64,000 nucleotides of DNA from contig NC_058369.1 in assembly GCF_018350175.1 (NCBI RefSeq), positions 154,070,001-154,134,000 on the forward strand, read 5' to 3'. A program made the translations under genes and the position numbers. Each line of letters begins with the position of its first letter. Within the stretch, counting starts at the first letter, position 1. Origin of the DNA: Felis catus. Taxonomy: Eukaryota. Below are positions 1-11,051 of this stretch, in pieces. The notes beneath the pieces are model-generated. The model did no database searches. It was not told the DNA's origin and worked only from the letters and a program-made list of their open reading frames with translations.

Positions 1-53
1 ACATTTTTTTTTCTATTAATAAAGGTATTTGATGGAATTAAAAGTACATACGA

Positions 54-272
54 GGGGCACGTGGGTTGCTCAGTCAGTTGAACATCTGACTTTGGCTCAG
101 GCCACGATCTCACAGTTCGTGAGTTTGAACCCCACATCGGGCTCTCTGCTGTCAGCGCGGAGCCTGCTTTGGGTCCTGTGTCCTCCTCTCTCTTTCCCCC
201 TCCTCTGCTCATGTGCACACGCACTCTTTCTTTCTCTCTCTCTCAAAAACAAAACAAAAGAAAACAAAAAAC
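54..272 (+). mobile_element. CAN-SINE (SINEC)
   Basis: ggggcac...gctcagtc tRNA-derived head, (CT)n, A-rich tail. Confidence 0.9.
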
Positions 273-399
273 AACCAGAAAGGGATGGGAACTGATAATT
301 TGGATTAGCTCTTGTTTTTCTCTCCCTGTGTCTTATTTTTATCCTTTTATGTGCATCTGAAAATAAGATTACTTCATTCTCAAGGTTTTATATTATAGA

Positions 400-560
400 A
401 AGGCCACACACAGAGACTGACTCAACCCTCTCATCCTAATCCCAAGTTTTTGGATCAGGAAATCTGATTATACTATGTTGGGTCAACCTAAACTTTTCAG
501 GCCAGAGGTTGGGAGTCACACAGCACAACATGGCTGGCCAAGGGCCTCCATAGCTGATGA
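400..560 (-). mobile_element. Old MaLR LTR (MLT1-like) fragment
   Basis: gaaatctgatt...ttgggtca...gagtcacacagcacaacatggctg resembles MLT1 LTRs; degenerate. Confidence 0.4.
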
Positions 561-1008
561 GGGAATGAACATGGTGCCTAGGACCACTAGTATTAAGAGC
601 TGATTGGCATAGAATTCTTTATTATGGGTATTATACTTCTGTTAATAAAAAAACTCTTTTGAATTCAGAAACTGTAAGTTCTTTCTCAGCGTAAAGCAGA
701 GTAATCAACAAATGAAATTTACTCGAGGTCACAGATTTTGTGTGACCTGGCTCCTTTTTTTTTTTTGCCTGGCTCCTTCAGACACTGACTGCTGGAGCTC
801 ACTGTCATACATTCAGGTGACAGACATGGGTACCAGTGAAAAAAGGAACTAGAGGCAGGAGAACAACTTTTCATACATTATAAAATATTTTCTAAGGGGC
901 ATTTCAGATTTGATGTTTGAAGTTATTTAATATTCCTGTTCTTCCTGTGGAAGAAGACATCTATCTTAACCTTTGATTTTCTTCATATGGTTTTATCATG
1001 TATACTTT

Positions 1009-1231
1009 ATTTATTTATTTATTTATTTATTTTAATGTTAATTTTTTGAGAGAGAGAGAGAGAGCATGAGCGGGGAAGGGGCAGAGAGAGAGGGAGACAC
1101 AGAATCGGAAGTAGGCTCAAGCCTCCGAGCTGGCAGCGCAGAGCCCGATGCGGAGCTTGAACCCACTGTCTGTGAGATCATGACCTGAGCTGAAGTTGGA
1201 CACTCACCTGACTGAGTCACCCAGGCGCCCC
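1009..1231 (-). mobile_element. CAN-SINE (SINEC_Fc-like) with TSD tcatgtatacttt
   Basis: (TTTA)n tail, (GA)n, ends ccaggcgcccc; TSD at 996-1008 and 1234-1246. Confidence 0.95.
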
Positions 1232-1249
1232 TGTCATGTATACTTTTAA

Positions 1250-1500
1250 TCCCTAAATACTATATTATTTGATTTTGCATGTTTTTGAGCTCCGTATGAA
1301 TGGAGTCATCCTGTCTCCATACTTTTCCTCTGCAGCTTGCTTTTTTACACTGAACATTATGTACCTCAGATTTAGCTATGTCTTTACCCGTGGAGGACTG
1401 CAGTTGTACTGCTCTACAGTGTGTACACTGCTCCATTCTGTTAATACATCCCAGTTATTGTGTCTTTTTTACGGCTGATGGATAGGTGGGTTGTTCCCAG
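1250..1500 (-). mobile_element. Old L1 (L1ME-like) 3' fragment
   Basis: gaatggagtcat...ttgcttttttacactgaacattatg...ctgatggata...ggttgtt pattern typical of L1M 3' ends. Confidence 0.55.
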
Positions 1501-2247
1501 GCAGATAGTCGCAGCTACAGAATTAGGAAGTGATCACCTAGGAACCCTGATACCGTACGTTCACATTTCTTTTAATAGGATTTTGTAGCAGACACTGTAA
1601 CGTGTGCAGTAATGTTTGTTAACTGGTATGCATGAAAACAGAGTCTTCCAGTTTCCTCTTTCTCTTTGACCTTGACCGTGTAACTTTGCTTGCAGTGTAA
1701 GTCACAATTGGTAACAATAAACGAAAGAACAGGATGCCTACGTCCAGTCGGTTGTCACCCAAACCAAATTATATGTTCTAGTGTTGCAAAGCAGTATCTC
1801 CTCTCATGGTACCCCATCAAAATGGGGATCGACCGGTAGTAGTCTGCATAGTGTAGATTTTGTTCTTTACTTAATTTTTTATGACATTTGAAGTGTCCGT
1901 ATAATTTCTTGGCCAAACGTGGGGCATTTTTAAGAATGTAAAGGAATACGTTGTGTGTCAACTCTACTCGAATAAAACATTTTTTTTATAGAAACAAGTG
2001 TAAGGAACACTATTAATTATGCTGGGGTAATTACCAGGCACAAACTAGGATTCTCGTTGGCTGCCTGGGAAGTGTGGTCATTCTAATTTTATATCCAGTG
2101 TGCCTCCTGAAGACTGAGTGCTGTAGAAGAAATGTCCATATTTAATTATGCTTACATTTTAAATCTATAATTAGTGTCTTTTGAGAATCTGCTTGCAAAA
2201 TAAGTTTTTGTAAATGTATTTAAAAAAACTTGTAGTATTTTTTTTTC

Positions 2248-2395
2248 NNNNNNNNNNNNNNNNNNNNNNNNNNNNNNNNNNNNNNNNNNNNNNNNNNNNN
2301 NNNNNNNNNNNNNNNNNNNNNNNNNNNNNNNNNNNNNNNNNNNNNNNNNNNNNNNNNNNNNNNNNNNNNNNNNNNNNNNNNNNNNNNNNNNNNNN
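2248..2395 (+). other. UBN2: N gap probably hiding a UBN2 coding exon
   Basis: The gap starts right after a polypyrimidine tract (gtattttttttttc). A preceding exon of about 120 nt is expected from the recalled human UBN2 structure. The exon itself is not visible. Confidence 0.55.
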
Positions 2396-2881
2396 GACTG
2401 GCTTTTGCATTTGAGAAATATTTTTAGCTCTTGGGGATTGGTCTTATGTGGACTTTATCACCAAATAGAAATCCACATATGCCACTGAAACAGTATAAGT
2501 GAATATTTTCTAAATGACACAACACTTCCCATTCAGTTGCTTTGATGTCAAAAGCAAAAGTTCTGTTGATCTAGTGGATGGGTGTGATGAAAGCAAGAGC
2601 TGGCACTGGTCGGGTATTTCCCATGTCACCCAATTTAACTGGCTGAAGTCAGTATTTTCTGAACTCAAAGATAAGTAATCATGCCCTTAAATGACACAGC
2701 TTGAAGACCTAATTTACCAAACTACTTTATGATGCTCTTCAAAATATTATGTATAAAGGTAGATTATTTACTCTGCCTTTTGAGTTAACATTCAGTTAAG
2801 CAATCTAACAGGTGTCTCTGGAGCATATCATAGGCACTGTTGGGTTAGAACTTCGCTTCATAAAATCTTTTTCATTTTTAG

Positions 2882-2995
2882 GTTGCAGACAGACGAAGAA
2901 CGAGAGAAAAATGGATCTGAGGAAGATGATGATGAGAAACCGGGGAAGCGTGTCATAGGACCAAGAAAGAAATTCCACTGGAATGACACCATCAG
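2882..2995 (+). CDS. UBN2: Ubinuclein-2 coding exon (LQTDEEREKNGSEEDDDEKPGKRVIGPRKKFHWNDTIR)
   Basis: tttttag acceptor, ag/gtaaa donor, 114 nt, phase 2-2; peptide recognised as the UBN2 middle domain. Confidence 0.95.
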
Positions 2996-3576
2996 GTAAA
3001 ATTTGACCAAAGCCTTCACTTTTAACCAAATGGACAATGCGGAACTAAGGTTTCTAATAAAAAGAATATATAGTAAATGGAAGAGTAGATTGGCAGCAAC
3101 CAAAAATTGGTGTGTAGGAAAAATTTATTCAAGAGAAGTTTGATTTGGTCCTGGTATCTTTAGAGTGCTCTCACTTTTATTTTCATACGCTACTTTCTAT
3201 AAACTAATCTTCTAATTATTAAGTCAGTCATATTGGCTTCAGAAGGTGAAGTACTCTGTATACATCTGTAATCAGTCATCTTTTTTGACCAATATTTCTG
3301 TACCCCAAATAGAGGGTTTGGTTGCAGGACTATCCCTTTCAGTCTTTGGTGCCTAGATGAAAGGTATCAAAGGAAATTGTTTCATATTGGGGATTTGGCT
3401 GTAGTGCAATGAGTGATGTGTGTTAGAAATTATTTATCTTCATGTCATCTGAATTCTTGAGATAATATTCTTTATTATTGCTGTCAGATTTATGTGCTTA
3501 AAAAAAATCTGTTTCAAACTTTTCCACAATTTTGCAGTCAGATTTATATATAAATATATATTTTTAATCTGTTTAG

Positions 3577-3720
3577 AACTTTGTTATGTAACCTTGTTGA
3601 GATCAAATTGGGATGCTATGAGTTAGAGCCAAATAAAAGCCAGTCCGCTGAGGATTATCTTAAATCCTTTATGGAGACAGAGGTGAAACCATTGTGGCCT
3701 AAGGGCTGGATGCAGGCAAG
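3577..3720 (+). CDS. UBN2: UBN2 coding exon ([48 protein letters not shown])
   Basis: gtttag acceptor, ag/gtaaga donor, 144 nt, in frame with the previous exon; contains the ubinuclein LWPKGWM motif. Confidence 0.97.
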
Positions 3721-4449
3721 GTAAGAAATATGACATCCTAGATTTTATTTTACTTTCTTATTGTTGCTGTGTTTAAAGATACATGTATAGAGACAGATAT
3801 GTGACATTCATTTTGCTAAGAACCTAGTGTGTTTAGCGTTCTCTATAGTCCTCTCAGATGATCTCTGCTTTGAAAACTTCAGGCACTGAAAAGACAAAAT
3901 GGTTAGTCACAGGGACGTGGAGATACAGAGATACACATAAAGGTGACTTTTTTGCCAACTACTTTCTCTTTTTTTGCACCTGACTTTGCTAATAGAGAAA
4001 ATGGGTGGAGAGGTAGATGGCTATAAACTTTGGGAGGGGACTTCACATAGGTATCATGAAGATAAGCCTAGAGCTGAATACAAAATTGAGAGTGTAGAAA
4101 TAGAGACACACAACCTGGGGTTCTGTGGTCAATAGTCAATATAGAGTGGTGTCTCAAAAATGCATAGTCGTCCAATTTAAACCATAAAGCGTTAAGAATG
4201 TTAAGATAGGCAGCTGTCGCAACCAGTTAAATCAACAGAAAACATCTTTTGATCTGTTAAAAGATTTAAATAAATAAATCTTCTGTAAAACTCCCTGTAA
4301 GACAGATTACTGAATTTACTCTGTGCCATTATAACTTCCATTTGATAAATAAGCAAGTAATAGACTGTTGAAAACCATGTGAGTAAAATGAAAAAGTGGT
4401 TATCATTATCTGTTACACAAAAATAATTGTGTCCTTTTAACTTTTGCAG

Positions 4450-4500
4450 AATGCTTTTTAAGGAAAGTCGGAGTGTACATAATCATCTTACTTCTGCTCC
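4450..4500 (+). CDS. UBN2: UBN2 coding exon (MLFKESRSVHNHLTSAP)
   Basis: cttttgcag acceptor, gtgagt donor, 51 nt, frame continuous. Confidence 0.95.
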
Positions 4501-6089
4501 GTGAGTAAAACAGACTCCATAGTTCTTCATTTGTTTTTACTCACATTATGTGCTTTAGTAAACAAAAGTACTATTTATTAAATGCTAGGCAACATAGTAC
4601 TTAAATGTACATTTAGACGATCTCCATTTTACTACTGCCTTTTTTTCCAAAAAAATCATTTTTCTGTTGACCTGAGACCACATTTATCTGTTTAATAGTT
4701 CTCAGGCTAGTCTCCAAACACCTGAATCTATGCTGGCCTGAGATCTGGCGGCTAGGAGCCATGTAGACAGGAAGCCTCTGATGGTTTCCTTTGTTCCTGG
4801 GCCTTCTTCCCTCCAGTTATTTTGTGTCCTTTTTCTTTCCCTCTTAATGATGATCAGCATAGCTAACCTGTAGCTTTGTGCCTTGGAAGACAGTTTCTTA
4901 CACATACCTACCCTGCCTTGCGTTGCAGAGTGCTTCATTCTACAAAATTAATCTATTTTTCATGCCCTTCCCTTCTGTTCAAAACTGGGTATTTCCCTAG
5001 TGGTATGATTACTAAAGAAAAGTCTCTGATCCTGGTAGGCAGTAGTAAAAAGCTGGGTTGTTTGTGGTTATATTTTTGGGTGAATACTGGTTGACTCAAC
5101 AAGAATTTTATATTTACCTACAACTTAGGGCTATTTCTCTGCACCATAGAAGTGTAATAGTAAGAGTTAATAAAATATACAATTAGCAAGTCACTGAGAA
5201 TTTACAGACCACTGTAATTCAATATTCTAAGAGGTCTGGTTAACAACTGGGTAACATTACAAAACTCTCCATCTCCTTGTGTACAATTATAATGGAATTT
5301 TTTACAACTCTTAGGAAGGACACTTTGTTAGTATACTGTCAGAGTTTTGTTGGGTTGATTGTGGTTTTTGGTTCTTGCTATTCTTGTTTATTGAGTATAA
5401 ATTTGGGATAAGTTTGGTTTCATACACATAGGTTTACTTGGTTGCTGGTGGTTTAATTATCCTGGGGTGGGGGGTATATGTATATGTGTGTGTATGTATT
5501 GGTGTCAATAATATTTCTGGCCTTTAATTTCCCTATAGTTCTAAAATCACAAATGTGTTACAATTCAGGTATAAATAATTCATCCCTTTAAATCTAAAGC
5601 ATATATTTACATAGACCCTCTCTTCAGTTTTTTAGGTGGCTTTATTATTATGACTAACTTGTGTTTTGTTTTGTCTTGTTTTGCTTTGTATCAGAAAGTA
5701 CAAATCTATGGGATGCGTGGGCCTGATATCTTTTGCCCCAATGGTCTTTATCAAAAAAACTTGGAAAATTACTGTCGCCTTAATGAAGTTGTAGATTGGC
5801 AGTTTTAATCAAGATATTTGTTAATTTAATGGAGGACATTTCAATTTAGTGAAGTAGAAATACTCAGTGTGAGGTATTTTAGCTTGTTAACCCTTTAGTT
5901 ATTCAACAGACATTTGGGTACTTTCTCCTCTTATGGAACACATAAGATTTTTGTCTTCAAACTTTTTCACACTGGTTCCCAAAGTTTCCAGGGTTGCATG
6001 GTATTTTACTTGCCTTTTATCCTCCTGTCATTTTGACATTTTTTATTTGAATTCTCATATTAAAATAATTTTCTTTAAAAAAGAGAATT

Positions 6090-6332
6090 TTATTTTTTTA
6101 TTTTTTTATTAAAAAAAAAATTTTTTTTAACGTTTTATTTATTTTTGAGACAGAGAGAGACAGAGCATGAACGGGGGAGGGGCAGAGAGAGAGGGAGACA
6201 CAGAATCGGAAGCAGGCTCCAGGCTCTGAGCCATCAGCCCAGAGCCCGACGCGGGGCTCGAACTCACGGACTGCGAGATTGTGACCTGAGCTGAAGTCGG
6301 CCACTTAACCGACTGAGCCACCCAGGCGCCCC
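6090..6332 (-). mobile_element. Young CAN-SINE (SINEC_Fc)
   Basis: Near-consensus sequence with most CpGs retained. Confidence 0.95.
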
Positions 6333-6651
6333 TATTTTTTTAAATAATACCTTATTTACAAGTTCTTGGCATTGGTTCTTCTCAGATTATGGTTTAATTT
6401 GAGCTTGAGGTTTCTTGAAGATCTGTTTTCTTATAAATAATTATTAATTCTTACCAGTTCTTTGAAGTGGGTCTTCTCAGGCAGCTTTGTTACCCTATCT
6501 TCAGTTATTTTTTTAATTTTATTTTGACTATTTACATTTAATTTTTAAAACCTTTTATCATCTACCATTCATATTTTGCTAATGGTTCAGCCTTTCTTCC
6601 AGTTAATTGAAATTGGAGGAAATGTTGCTGTATATTCATATATAAACTGAG

Positions 6652-6676
6652 TGTGTGTGTGTGTGTGTGTGTGTGT
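6652..6676. repeat. (GT)n microsatellite
   Basis: About 12 GT units. Confidence 0.9.
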
Positions 6677-6832
6677 ATACACATATATAAATACACACAT
6701 ATGTATAGCTCCTTCATAGAATTTTCCAAATAGCATAAGAAATTATTTACCCATGTAATGGCAAGATTAGAATTTCATAATGAGTGACCTAATTGCTACT
6801 GAAATGACCTCCTTTTTAATCTGTTGTCTTAG

Positions 6833-6875
6833 GGCAAAGAAAAAGGTGATTCCTGCACCTAAACCCAAAGTGAAG
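6833..6875 (+). CDS. UBN2: UBN2 coding exon (AKKKVIPAPKPKVK), basic NLS-like segment
   Basis: tgtcttag acceptor, aag/gtaagt donor, 43 nt, phase 2-0. Confidence 0.95.
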
Positions 6876-7329
6876 GTAAGTATTGAACCAAATATTTAAT
6901 TGGTAATAATTGAGGAATGTTGAAATACATTCATAAGATGAAAAGGGTATATGGTATTTATCATAGATCAATAGGTAGTGTACTCTTAAGAAGAGTGTTT
7001 TTAAACTTTGTAAAAATCCTAGAACCCCTGTATTTCCAAGAATAGATGACTGTGTGGTAGTGGGAAATTTGCACACATTAATTAAATTGTAAGATTTAAC
7101 CTCATACAAGTTAGAAACACTATAAAATATAACAAATATCCTTTAAAAGCACAGATTAAATTAAAAGATTGCAGATGTATAAGAGAAATCCCAAGGGCCC
7201 AACGCAAAGAAGCTACCAGTGTGTTAATATGTCTTTGAAACTTTGGTTGCCTGTAGGGGTACTTGCTGATTTTCATCTATCACTTTATGATTTATTTTCA
7301 AATTTCTTCTCAGAGCACAGGAGATAGGG

Positions 7330-7950
7330 TTTTCTTGGGCTTATATAGATTAAGAATTAGACTGAAACTCTGCATGAACCCGGACCTTCAAAGGGTAACA
7401 CCTTTGGTAAAAGAAAGAACTAGAAAAATTCACTCGCCAGCAGAAAGTAAGAAACTTGTGTGTCTTGGCCTGAGTCCTAGATTAGGGGAAGGAAGTCCTC
7501 CCTGAGAATTTAAGGAGTTCAGGAGTTTAATTTATACTACCCGCAAGATCTGGGAAATCCCCAAACTTTGACAATAACTTAAAGGAATTAGTATTAACCC
7601 AAGGCAATTGGCAAATCAAATTTTCCTTGAAATAATGCAGTCTCATAGCAGGCTTCAAAGGCTTGCCACATATATACTGTGTCAAACATGAGCTTACAGT
7701 CTGAAAATACAGATTACACAAGGAAATGAATTACTATGAGTGAGAGTCAGCAGAAACATCTGACAGAATTAGATCCCTGAGAGGGCCAAGTGACGGACTT
7801 ACTGGGTTTCGAACATAAAGGAATTTAACTTGTTTAATATTCAAAGAAGGAGAAGACAGGATAAAAAATATCACAACAGACAAAGCAGTTGAAAAAGAAC
7901 CAGGTATAATCTCTAGAAGTGAAAACTGTAATCATTTAAAAAGTAAAATT
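7330..7950 (+). mobile_element. Old L1 5'/ORF1-region fragment
   Basis: A-rich; atgagtgagagtcagcagaaaca...aaaagaacca...tctagaagtgaaaa pattern of L1ME/MC. Confidence 0.5.
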
Positions 7951-8437
7951 ATAGAGAAATCCCACACACTTTATTTAGGTTTTGGACTTTCCCTATAGAC
8001 TTCATCTCTTTGAATAGATGAGTTTCTTTGCTTATGAGGTATGGCCAGAAGGCCATCCTTCTCTGTGGCCTTCTTAACTTTTAATATTAGAGGCTTTGTA
8101 AGTACGAATAGGCCTCTTTTTCTTACATACCTCATTTGTCTTCTAATCTAAATAATGGTGAGCCAGTATTCCATCACATCTGTTGAGTTCGTGCTTTGTT
8201 TTGACACATTATTTTTAAACTCCTAATGCCCTTCATAAAGTGTTTGTTAAATTTTACACCTATTCAAACATATGACTAATTTATCAGAATTCTGATGTTG
8301 ACAAGGATGGTATAGGGAATTCCCTGTTTTTGCTTGTTTGTGTCTTTGTGATTAAATTATTTTTTCCTTTTCCCCGAATGAAAAAACTATATCGCCGATT
8401 TGTGTTTCTCCTACCCTACCGCCCCTCAAATACCTGG

Positions 8438-8674
8438 TTTTTTTTTTTTTTTAATTTTTTTTTTTCCAACGTTTTTTTATTTTATTTTTGGGACAGAGAG
8501 AGACAGAGCATGAACGGGGGAGGGGCAGAGAGAGAGGGAGACACAGAAGCGGAAACAGGCTCCAGGCTCTGAGCCGTCAGCCCAGAGCCTGACGCGGGGC
8601 TCGAACTCACGGACCGCGAGATCGTGACCTGGCTGAAGTCGGACGCTTAACCGACTGCGCCACCCAGGTGCCCC
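8438..8674 (-). mobile_element. Youngest-type SINEC_Fc with TSD tcaaatacctg
   Basis: Diagnostic ggcgcagtcggttaagcgtccgacttcagccaggtcacg head; intact TSD; long T tail. Confidence 0.95.
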
Positions 8675-8729
8675 TCAAATACCTGTTTTAATTACAAAGA
8701 TAATACAAGGAAATACATTAGAAAATGCA

Positions 8730-8840
8730 GGGGTGCCTGGCTGGCTTAGTTGGTGAAGCATGTGACTCTTGATCTCAAGGTTGTGAGTTCAAGCCCCACA
8801 TTGGGCATGAAGCCTACTTTAAAAAAAAAAAAAGAAAGAA
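8730..8840 (+). mobile_element. Short CAN-SINE
   Basis: ggggtgcctggctggct...gactcttgatctc, poly(A), TSD agaaaatgc. Confidence 0.9.
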
Positions 8841-9108
8841 AATGCTAACAATACAGAAAAATAAGAAGGCAAAAAGTATAAGTATCCAGGAAAAAAAAAA
8901 AGCTCCTACTTTCTGGTACAAACCCACCCTCCCTTCCCTCCGTCCAAACACCTGTTCATTTATTCATATGACTTGACATTTTATAAATGGGATAGTTTGC
9001 TTTTTTGACTCAAGTATATACCCTGAACAATTATCTCTGCCAGTATAAATTTACACAGTACTCTGCTGGGTGGATTTAATGTTATTTTTATAAAGAAAAA
9101 ATTAATTT

Positions 9109-9415
9109 GGGGGCACCTGGCTGGCTCAGAAGAGCATGCAACTCTTGGTCTCAGGGCTATGTGTTCAAGCTCCACATTGGCCCTAGAGCTTGCTTTCAAA
9201 ATAAATAAATAGGGGCACCTGGGTGGCTCAGTTGATTAAGCCTCTGACTCTTTAATGCTGGCTCAGGTCATGATCTCATGGCTCATGAGATCAAGCCCCA
9301 CTTGGGATTCTCTCTTCCTCTTCTCCTCTCCCACCGGTGCGGGCACTCTATCTCTCTCTCACACGTGCATGGTCTCAAAATAAATAAAAACTTAAAAGAT
9401 AAATCAGTAAAAATA
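9109..9415 (+). mobile_element. Two head-to-tail CAN-SINEs (9109-9211 short type; 9212-9415)
   Basis: Two ggggcacctgg heads; the second begins in the A-tail of the first. Confidence 0.9.
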
Positions 9416-9764
9416 AAGCCAGTTTATTCATTAAAAAATAAAAAGTTACTTCAAAAAGCAGTTTTATATTGGTAACACTACCAGTATTATTCTGATACAT
9501 TCTCCCATCATCAGTTTCTATACTTTGTTATAAAATGAAATTTTCACTAATCACAATTAGATGGATGGCATGTCAAAGCAGACATGTTTTATGTGCATTA
9601 CCCATTCATATCTTAACAATTTTGACCTTCATGCGGTTATACTACAGAATTCTGAGAGGCAGTGGGGTTTTCAATCAGGGCTTTTGGAGTAGCAGCTTAG
9701 AAAAATTGCTGAAGAAGTTAGAGTTTAAAGCATTTTTAACAGCTGATTTACTGTAATACAGTAG

Positions 9765-9815
9765 AAGGTGATAGTAGAGACACTTCCTCTCTATTCTTTC
9801 CCCACTGTGGTTAAG
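9765..9815 (+). CDS. UBN2: UBN2 probable cassette exon (KVIVETLPLYSFPTVVK)
   Basis: 51 nt, phase 0-0, strong aag/gtaagt donor, weak CAGTAGAAG acceptor; resembles the recalled human segment EVMVKTLPLHSFPTMLK. Confidence 0.7.
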
Positions 9816-10048
9816 GTAAGTGTTGTGGTGATATAAATTGATACACAATTTAAGACTTTGGGTTTAGGTTTATTTGGGTTTGTTTTTAAGAAACCAATCA
9901 AAGAAACTTTGAAATGATTTTTATGTAATAGTTTTATTTCTTCTTAATTTTAAAAATGACATGAGTCAGATACTTTATATTTCTCTTTTAAGGGAAACAG
10001 TTACTTTTTAATTCTTTTGCTTTTTGAATATTTTAAGCTGTGCTTTAT

Positions 10049-10280
10049 GGGGTGCTTGGGTGGCTCAGACGGTTAAGCGATGAAGTGTCTGACTCTTGAT
10101 TTTGGCTCAGGTCATGATCTCACGGTTCGTGAGGTCGAGCCCCAAGTCGAACTCCGCGCTATTAGCACGGAGCCTGCTTTGGATTCTCTCTCTCCCTCTC
10201 TCTCTGCCCTTCCCCTGTGTGCGCGTGCTCTCTCTCTCTCTCTCTCTCTCTCAAAATAAATATATAAACTTAAAAAAGAA
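10049..10280 (+). mobile_element. CAN-SINE
   Basis: Head, (CT)n, A tail; TSD taa(g/a)ctgtgct. Confidence 0.92.
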
Positions 10281-11051
10281 TAAACTGTGCTCTAATTCTC
10301 TTTTCTCTTACTTGAATTTTAAGAAGGTTAATTTTTTGAAAAAACAGACAATATTCTCTTAGGTATTCAGAATTTTAATTCCTAATAACCCTGTTTTCTT
10401 AGTATATGGCCTTGCTCATAGTACACATTTAGTAAATATATGTTGAATACATTACGAACGATTTCTACCATGATAAATAGAAGACATAATTTCATATGCT
10501 TGGACGAATCCCAGTTTGATGTACTACTTTCTCTACGTATGGCTCTGGGTGGCTCTAGCACAGGGCATACAGAGGGCAGAAATACAAGGAAGCAGAAAGC
10601 AAGGGTCAGTATCCTAGCAAACCATTCTATAGAAGAAGGGTGGAGTCTTAGGATAAATGCAGAATTTCTTCTAGGTGCAAGGAGAATAAAAAGAGAATAG
10701 CCTCTGAACAGACGGATTTGGAATAGCACGTGAAGATCTGATGTAGGTGGGCAGGGTGAACGGGGTTTCACCAATAATGTAGCTAGTATGTGAACGTTCC
10801 TTTGGCTTGATTTTAATTTTAAGTCTTCTCAGAAGAGCTTACTAAGGTATGGCAGCTGTTTGCAATGTATCAGATGCTTTGGCTTATGAGCACAGTTCAG
10901 TCAGGAGCTCTGTCCTCAGACATGTTTTGGTTTTTACAGTCTATAAAGATTTCCAGTGGAATTTTAATCATCGTGAGAATTTCTTAGTCCTTTAAAAACT
11001 GATACTTAATAATTCATTTAATTTTTTCCAATATAATGCTGTTTATGGTAG

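Noticed and set aside
6090-6130. A-run/T-run hairpin in SINE tails (also 39798-39815 and 58868-58884)
   Set aside because: Common feature of CAN-SINE tails (Pol III terminator T-run within the A-rich tail).
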